64,000 bases of DNA from an uncultured Bacteroidota bacterium (GTDB taxonomy: Bacteria; Bacteroidota; Bacteroidia; NS11-12g; UBA955), in assembly GCA_937867025.1 (NCBI GenBank), contig CALMKH010000049.1:192-64191 (forward strand). Direction: 5' to 3'. Numbering within the stretch: the first letter of the stretch is position 1; each line of letters starts with the position of its first letter. The notes beneath the pieces are model-generated. The model was given only the letters and a program-made list of their open reading frames with translations, ran no database searches and had not been told where the DNA came from. Shown piece by piece: positions 58,159 to 64,000 of the stretch. Both the position numbers and the translations under genes were made by a program.

Positions 58159-58373
58159 TATTTTTTTCTGGTGCGACGCTTGCTCTCAATGGATTTAAAA
58201 GCCTTCCCATAAGGAACCAAGGGCTCATTGGCCGCTTTAACCTTATCATATGACTGAATATCCTGAAGTTCTTCAAGCGAAGCCATCAAAGCTTCAAACT
58301 CCTTTATAGGGAGTATAACGGAAACCTTCTTTCCGTTTTTGTCTAAAACAAATTACGGGTTAAGTGAACTCAT
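58158..58373 (-). pseudogene. Cognate antitoxin ORF interrupted by an in-frame TAA at codon 7. The translation reads MSSLNP*FVLDKNGKKVSVILPIKEFEALMASLEELQDIQSYDKVKAANEPLVPYGKAFKSIESKRRTRKK*
   Basis: Hand translation of the minus strand. The stop codon is 58355..58353. The ORF overlaps the toxin ATG by 1 nt (TAATG). Confidence 0.55.
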
Positions 58374-58520
58374 AACAAAAATTATTTTAACGCTACAAAC
58401 CTATCAGATTTTTCAACGTTTTAAAAGATATTTTTCCTCCTTTTAACAATTAACCCAAAAGGGAAGTCAAGTAGCCCTGAACACAGAGAATTCTTATTGT
58501 CCTGAAAAGGAAATACGTGC

Positions 58521-60158
58521 TTACGTCTGAAGAACGCCTACATTAAAAGGTTTTACAGGTGCATGATTCGCCATGGCAATACCTTCGCTGAGCACTTTCC
58601 TGGTCTCCATGGGATCAATGATGCCGTCGACCCATAACCTCGCCGCTGCATAATACGGTGACAGCTGATTTTCATACCGGGCCATGATCTTGTCCAGCAA
58701 AGCCTTCTCGGCTTCGGGAGTGATTTTCTCGCCTTTGGCCTCAAGGCTGGCCTTTTCAATCTGCAACAGCACCTTCCCTGCCTGTTCGCCCCCCATTACC
58801 GCTATCCTGGCGCTCGGCCACGCATATATCAGCCTCGGATCGTACGCCTTGCCGCACATAGCGTAGTTCCCGGCTCCATAACTGTTGCCGATGATAATGG
58901 TGAACTTCGGCACAGTACTGTTGCTCATGGCATTCACCATTTTAGCCCCGTCCTTTATAATTCCCGCGTGTTCGCTCCTGCTCCCAACCATGAAACCGGT
59001 GACATCCTGTAAAAATACAAGCGGTATCTTTTTCTGGTTGCAATTCATAATGAACCGGGCCGCCTTATCGGCGCTGTCATTATAAATAACACCGCCAAAC
59101 TGCATTTCGCCCTTTTTATTCTTGCTCAGCAGTCTGTTATTGGCAACGATGCCTACTGCCCACCCGTCGATCCTTGCATATCCGCACAAAATGGTTTTTC
59201 CATAACCTTCTTTGTATTCCTCAAATTCGCTCTTGTCAACCAGATGCTCAATCAGGTTTTTGGTGTCATATGGCTTGGCCCTGTCCACAGGCAACAGACC
59301 GAATATCTCTTTCATGTCCTTAGCCGGCATTTTGGGTTCTGCACGGTCAAAACCTGCCTCTTCAAACCTGCCTATTTTATCCATGATGTATTTTATACGG
59401 TCGAGGCAGGATTTATCATCCGGAAACCTGTCATCAATGACCCCTGAAATCTCGCTCTGTGAAATGCTTCCGCCGAGTGTTTCGTTATCAATATCCTCAC
59501 CTATTGCAGCCTTGACAAGATAACTTCCCGCCAGGAATATGGATCCTGTCTTATCCACTATCAGCGCCTCGTCGCTCATAATGGGGAGATACGCCCCGCC
59601 CGCCACGCAACTGCCCATTACTGCCGCTATCTGGGTGATTCCCATGCTGCTCATGATGGCATTGTTCCTGAAGATCCGCCCGAAATGTTCTTTGTCCGGG
59701 AATATCTCGTCCTGCATGGGGAGAAACACACCGGCACTGTCGACCAGGTATATGATAGGCAGCCGGTTTTCCATAGCTATTTCCTGTGCCCTCAGGTTTT
59801 TCTTTCCTGTAATAGGGAACCAGGCACCGGCCTTTACAGTCGCATCATTTGCCACAATCATGCACTGCCTGCCGCTGACATAACCTATGCCGCAAACCAC
59901 GCCGCCACCGGGACAGCCACCGTATTCAGGATACATGCCGTCCCCTGCAAAGGCCCCCACTTCCGTGAAAGGAGTGTCTTTATCCCGGAGATAATCGATA
60001 CGTTCGCGCGCCAGAAGCTTCCCTTTTTCCTTCTGTTTGACGGCAGCCTTTTCGCCTCCCCCAAGACACACTTTCTTGTGTTTGCTTTTCAACTCGTAAA
60101 CCAGTTGTTTGTTATGATCCTCGTTCTTGTTGAACTCTATATCTATTTTAGTCGACAT
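58521..60158 (-). CDS. Acyl-CoA carboxylase carboxyltransferase (beta) subunit (propionyl-CoA carboxylase / methylmalonyl-CoA decarboxylase family)
   Basis: 545 aa with two crotonase-like CT halves (VANDATVKAGAW..., ...GNSYGAGNYAMCG). Confidence 0.85.
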   Translation of the reverse strand: MSTKIDIEFNKNEDHNKQLVYELKSKHKKVCLGGGEKAAVKQKEKGKLLARERIDYLRDKDTPFTEVGAFAGDGMYPEYGGCPGGGVVCGIGYVSGRQCMIVANDATVKAGAWFPITGKKNLRAQEIAMENRLPIIYLVDSAGVFLPMQDEIFPDKEHFGRIFRNNAIMSSMGITQIAAVMGSCVAGGAYLPIMSDEALIVDKTGSIFLAGSYLVKAAIGEDIDNETLGGSISQSEISGVIDDRFPDDKSCLDRIKYIMDKIGRFEEAGFDRAEPKMPAKDMKEIFGLLPVDRAKPYDTKNLIEHLVDKSEFEEYKEGYGKTILCGYARIDGWAVGIVANNRLLSKNKKGEMQFGGVIYNDSADKAARFIMNCNQKKIPLVFLQDVTGFMVGSRSEHAGIIKDGAKMVNAMSNSTVPKFTIIIGNSYGAGNYAMCGKAYDPRLIYAWPSARIAVMGGEQAGKVLLQIEKASLEAKGEKITPEAEKALLDKIMARYENQLSPYYAAARLWVDGIIDPMETRKVLSEGIAMANHAPVKPFNVGVLQT

Positions 60159-60280
60159 ATACGAAAGGCAAAAATAGAGAATAATTGAGAATCAAGAATG
60201 CTTAATCGGCAATTAAATTATGATTTGCTTTTTTATTAAAACTGCCTGAAAGGCTTTTCCTATGAATTTTACGGAATATT

Positions 60281-60958
60281 CTATACGAACCTGTAACCCA
60301 CTCCGCTTTCCGTGATAATATGCTGCGGATTGTGGGGATCTTCTTCTATTTTTTTACGGAGCTGGCCGACAAATACCCGAAGGTATTGTGTTTCCTCGAG
60401 GTAAGAAGGTCCCCAAATCTCTTTGAGAATATAATGATGAGTCAGCACATTGCCTTCATTCTTTGCAAATAATATAAGCAGCTGGTATTCGGTTGATGTA
60501 AGTTTCACCTGTTCATCATTCTTTTTAACCAGCCGCGCAATAAAATCGATGTGGATATTTCCAAATTTCCTCTGAGCCCCGTTTGAAGGTTCGGAGTCCC
60601 GTCTTAGCAGAGACCTGATGCGGGCCATCAGTTCGCCTGGCCTGAACGGTTTTGTAAGATAATCCGTAGCCCCATGGTCAAGCGCGTTGATTATATCTTC
60701 CTCCAGGTTTTGCACTGATAGTATAATAACTGGTTTGGCATACCATGTCCTGAGCTCTTTCAGGACTTCATGACCGCTTTTGTCAGGCAGGCCCAGGTCA
60801 AGAATGACGAGGTCGGGAGGATGATTGGCCGCCAGTATCACACCGTCCCTTCCCGATGCAGCCTGCCACACCTTGTATCCATTGCTTTCAAGGGCAATTT
60901 CCAGCAATTTGCGGATATGCGCCTCATCATCAATAACCAGTATTTCGGCTTTACTCAT
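60281..60958 (-). CDS. OmpR/PhoB-family response regulator (KdpE-like)
   Basis: Receiver domain (VIDDE...DLGLPD...K) plus a winged-helix domain (GYRF). Confidence 0.85.
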   Translation of the reverse strand: MSKAEILVIDDEAHIRKLLEIALESNGYKVWQAASGRDGVILAANHPPDLVILDLGLPDKSGHEVLKELRTWYAKPVIILSVQNLEEDIINALDHGATDYLTKPFRPGELMARIRSLLRRDSEPSNGAQRKFGNIHIDFIARLVKKNDEQVKLTSTEYQLLILFAKNEGNVLTHHYILKEIWGPSYLEETQYLRVFVGQLRKKIEEDPHNPQHIITESGVGYRFV

Positions 60959-62039
60959 TTTTCATATGGTTAATGAAGGATGTCTGCGCCGGTATAATCA
61001 GTGTGAATACAGCCCCTCCGTTTTTTTTGTTTTCCAGGACAATGCTTCCATTATGCGCCTCTATGCACCCTTTGGCAATGGACAGGCCCAGACCGGTGCC
61101 TCCCGTGCCTGCGCCGGGGAGCCTGTAGAATTTTTCAAAGACGCTGTTCACTTCATGTTCGGGAAACCCTTTCCCATGATCTTCAATCCTGATGATACAC
61201 CGGTTGCCCGACTGTTCAAGGCTGACAATGATTTTTGAATGTTCCGGCGTGTATTGCACTGCGTTGTGAATGATATTCAGCAAGGCGGTTTCCACTAACC
61301 CCTGGTCCAGCCTGAAAAACGGTAATCCTTCACTGGTATTGATGACGATTTCCCTGCCCTGGGTGCTGAAATATTTCTTCACCATACCGAAAACCAGCTC
61401 ATTCATATCGCACCAGTCGAGTTTCAGCCTCAGCAGGCCAGATTCGAGGCGGTTCATATTGAGCAGGTTTTCCACTTGCCTGTTCAGTCTCATCGATGCC
61501 GCATCAAGCGTGGCGAACAATTCGGACTTCTGCTTTTCCGTCAGGTTTTTCTGCTCTTTCAGCGTATCGAGCCCGCCAACGATTGTGGCCAGCGGCGTGC
61601 GGAGCTCGTGGGAAAGTGAGTTAAGCAGCGTGTTGTACAGCTTAATCGTATGTTGTTTCTCTTCCCTGATGGATGCCTTCTTTTCAGCTTTGCGTATCTT
61701 GTATGTCAGCGCGGCATTCACGGAGGCAATAATGAGGTACATAAACAGGAACAACAAGTCCTCGGTATTGCGGATATTGAACGTCAATATGGGAGGGATA
61801 AAAAAGTAGTTCCATATAAGCGCGGTTAAAAACGAAGTGATGAGGACCGGCAATATATCAAATACCATGGCCAGTATTGACACCACCATGAGCAGAATAA
61901 AAGCCACAGTCTTATAACCACCGATAAAATCAGAGATTATAAAGCACAGGCACGATACGGCTGCGACCGACGTGAGGCTTATTACAAGCTGGCCCGGTAA
62001 TGAGAGCTTGTTGAGTTTTATATCCGATAACACGTTCAA
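60951..62039 (-). CDS. Sensor histidine kinase resembling the C-terminal half of KdpD (4-TM DUF4118-like region + HisKA + HATPase_c)
   Basis: H-box LSHELRTPL and a G2 box GTGLGLSI. Confidence 0.8.
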   Translation of the reverse strand: MNVLSDIKLNKLSLPGQLVISLTSVAAVSCLCFIISDFIGGYKTVAFILLMVVSILAMVFDILPVLITSFLTALIWNYFFIPPILTFNIRNTEDLLFLFMYLIIASVNAALTYKIRKAEKKASIREEKQHTIKLYNTLLNSLSHELRTPLATIVGGLDTLKEQKNLTEKQKSELFATLDAASMRLNRQVENLLNMNRLESGLLRLKLDWCDMNELVFGMVKKYFSTQGREIVINTSEGLPFFRLDQGLVETALLNIIHNAVQYTPEHSKIIVSLEQSGNRCIIRIEDHGKGFPEHEVNSVFEKFYRLPGAGTGGTGLGLSIAKGCIEAHNGSIVLENKKNGGAVFTLIIPAQTSFINHMKNE

Positions 62040-62280
62040 TCTACAAATTTACCGGACCTGTTATAAATTTTTTATAAAAACAGCAAAATACTCTGATCCC
62101 TGAAGTTCATCAAACGGTCATTTTAAACTATTTACCCAATATTCAAATAACTAATAACCAGTAATATACGCAATAAAATCCATAATTCAAAACATGTTTC
62201 TATGCAACCTTTTAAAAAAGCGACAGACCAACTTATCAAAAACATTTTATAAGTTAAAACACAAATACTCAGTTATTATG

Positions 62281-64000
62281 GAAAACAAGACCTTACACAA
62301 ATTATTTCGCGGCATATTACCGGTGGTATTATGTCTTATTGCCTTTATCTCAGGCAATATCAACGCGCAACACACAGATACCGCCAGGAATACCCAATGT
62401 GCCTTGTGGTCAAGTTTCAGCTTCTCGGTTGACGGCCTTCATGTAAAATTTGCCGGAACTTCAAACGGGGAATATTACAGCTGGGACTTCGGTGATAACA
62501 CCACGGCCCTTGGAGAACACCAGAGCCATACATTTGCGAATGAAGGCTCTTACCCTGTGTGTCTGACTACCTACAACAAATACAGGAACTATTCTGTAAA
62601 GGTATGCACAAAAGTGATCGTCAAAAAACCTTGCACACTCAGGGCGGATTTTGAATTCAGCACCGATGGCCTCGGTTTCAAGGCACGTGCCAACACCAGC
62701 GAGAAAGCACAAATCCTCTGGGATCTCGGAGACGGGACCAGGACTTCAGGCGAGTCAGCGGGACATTACTACAAACAAGCCGGCGTATATGTGGTGTGTA
62801 TCAAGGCATTTTCAGCTGACGGACGCTGCAGCACATCTGCCTGCAAAAAAGTGGTGATCAGAAAACCTTGTGCCCTGGCAGCCGATTTTGAATTCAGCAC
62901 CGACGGGCTTGGATTCAAGGCACGTGCTAAAGCCAGCGAAACTGCTAAAATTGTATGGGATTTTGGTGACGGGAACTCTTCTGCAGGTGAAACCGTTTCT
63001 CATTATTTCAGCAAAGCCGGTGTGTATGCAGTCTGTATTAAAGCATATTCCGAAGACGGACGTTGCAGTACATCGGTCTGTAAAAAAGTAGAGGTTAAAA
63101 AACCCGTGTGCACATTAAAAGTAGATGCTTCATACAGGATTGACTGCTCAAGCGGAAAAGTCCAGTTCATAGCTCACACCATCAGCAACAATAGCCTTGT
63201 ATTCAACTGGAAATTCAGCAATGGCACAAGTGCTACAGGCCCTAACCCCACCGCAGAGTTTAAACCAGGGATTTACCAGGTGTGTGTGGAAGCGCATGAT
63301 GCCAACAGAAGGTGTTCAGGTCATTACTGCTTCTCCATCACTGTCTGCAAATGTCCTTCCGAACCATGCGACCTGCGTCCTGACTTTAAATTCAGGGTGG
63401 ATTGCAGCCAGAATGTAGTTTATTTTTCAGCTTCAGCAAACGGCGCCGAGCGTTTCGGATGGGATTTCGGTGACGGCAGCAGCGCAGACGGCGACTTTGT
63501 GCGCCACCAGTACAGGGGTGATGGTGTATATGAGGTATGTCTCAAGGTTGCAGATAAAGACGGCAACTGTACAAAAAGAATTTGCAAAAAAGTGGTTATA
63601 GATTGTGACACCTGTGAATTGAACCCTAAGTTCGAATACCGCATCGATTGTGAGGATAAGGCTGTTAAATTCCGGGCAGCGAGCAATGGCGGAGAGTATT
63701 ACTACTGGAGTTTCGGGGATGGCAGTCATGGTGAAGGAATGGAATTAAGGCACAACTTCAGACATAATGGCGTATACCTGGTTTGCCTCACTGTAAAGGA
63801 TAAAGAAGGACGTTGCAAGGAACAGATATGCGAACGTATAAAGATGGAATGCGATCCATGCGATCTTCAACCGGAATTCGGTTTCCGCACCGATTGCCAG
63901 CTGGGAGTTACTTACTTCAAGGCCACATCCAATGGCGGTGAACATTATGTCTGGAGCTTTGGCGACGGCACTTCCGCAAGGGGCAGGGAAACAAAACATC
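62281..64000 (+). CDS. Secreted protein of at least 7 tandem Cys-containing PKD-like repeats. It is partial and runs off the window end
   Basis: Hand translation shows an open frame from the ATG at 62281 to 64000. It is absent from the ORF track because no stop is reached. Signal peptide LCLIAFISGNINAQ. Each roughly 79-aa repeat carries W-D/S-FGDG...G-V/I-Y-x-VC-L/I. Confidence 0.75.

Noticed and set aside
1-64000. tRNA or rRNA genes
   Set aside because: No T-loop GGTTCGAATCC-like elements or cloverleaf-sized GC-rich blocks were seen. Every non-coding gap is under 360 nt.

Overview
This 64 kb window looks like a chromosomal core region of a Bacteroidota genome, probably Chitinophagaceae or Sphingobacteriia-like. 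Supporting signs are T9SS C-terminal sorting domains, DUF349, DUF1599 paired with folP, BatA, DUF4199 and an absence of Shine-Dalgarno sequences. It is densely packed with about 55 CDSs on both strands.

Housekeeping genes recognised by their motifs:
- folP, aroK, aroA, gpsA, fumC, a pyrC-type dihydroorotase, tgt, ubiE, engB, holB, serS, trpS and hup
- kynurenine 3-monooxygenase, a deoxynucleoside kinase, PolX and the beta subunit of an acyl-CoA carboxylase

Envelope genes: GT2, GT4 and GT9 glycosyltransferases plus an LptF/G permease.

Secreted T9SS cargo: a type-B CTD protein and a Kazal-domain protein with a type-A CTD. There is also a secreted protein made of Cys-rich PKD-like tandem repeats, whose own C-terminus lies beyond the window, and an orphan CTD remnant.

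Accessory-like elements: a RelE toxin whose upstream antitoxin ORF carries an in-frame stop, and a KdpD-C-terminal-like histidine kinase with an OmpR-type regulator.

No rRNA, tRNA or CRISPR array was found. The most unusual non-coding signal is at the very 5' end (1-450). There, three tandem roughly 175-180 bp units each carry the same 21-nt hairpin motif. In two of them the hairpin is followed by a CU tract and an intrinsic terminator, which makes them candidate tandem small-RNA genes. A second structured 356-nt intergenic block (4249-4604) could not be assigned to any known RNA family by eye.
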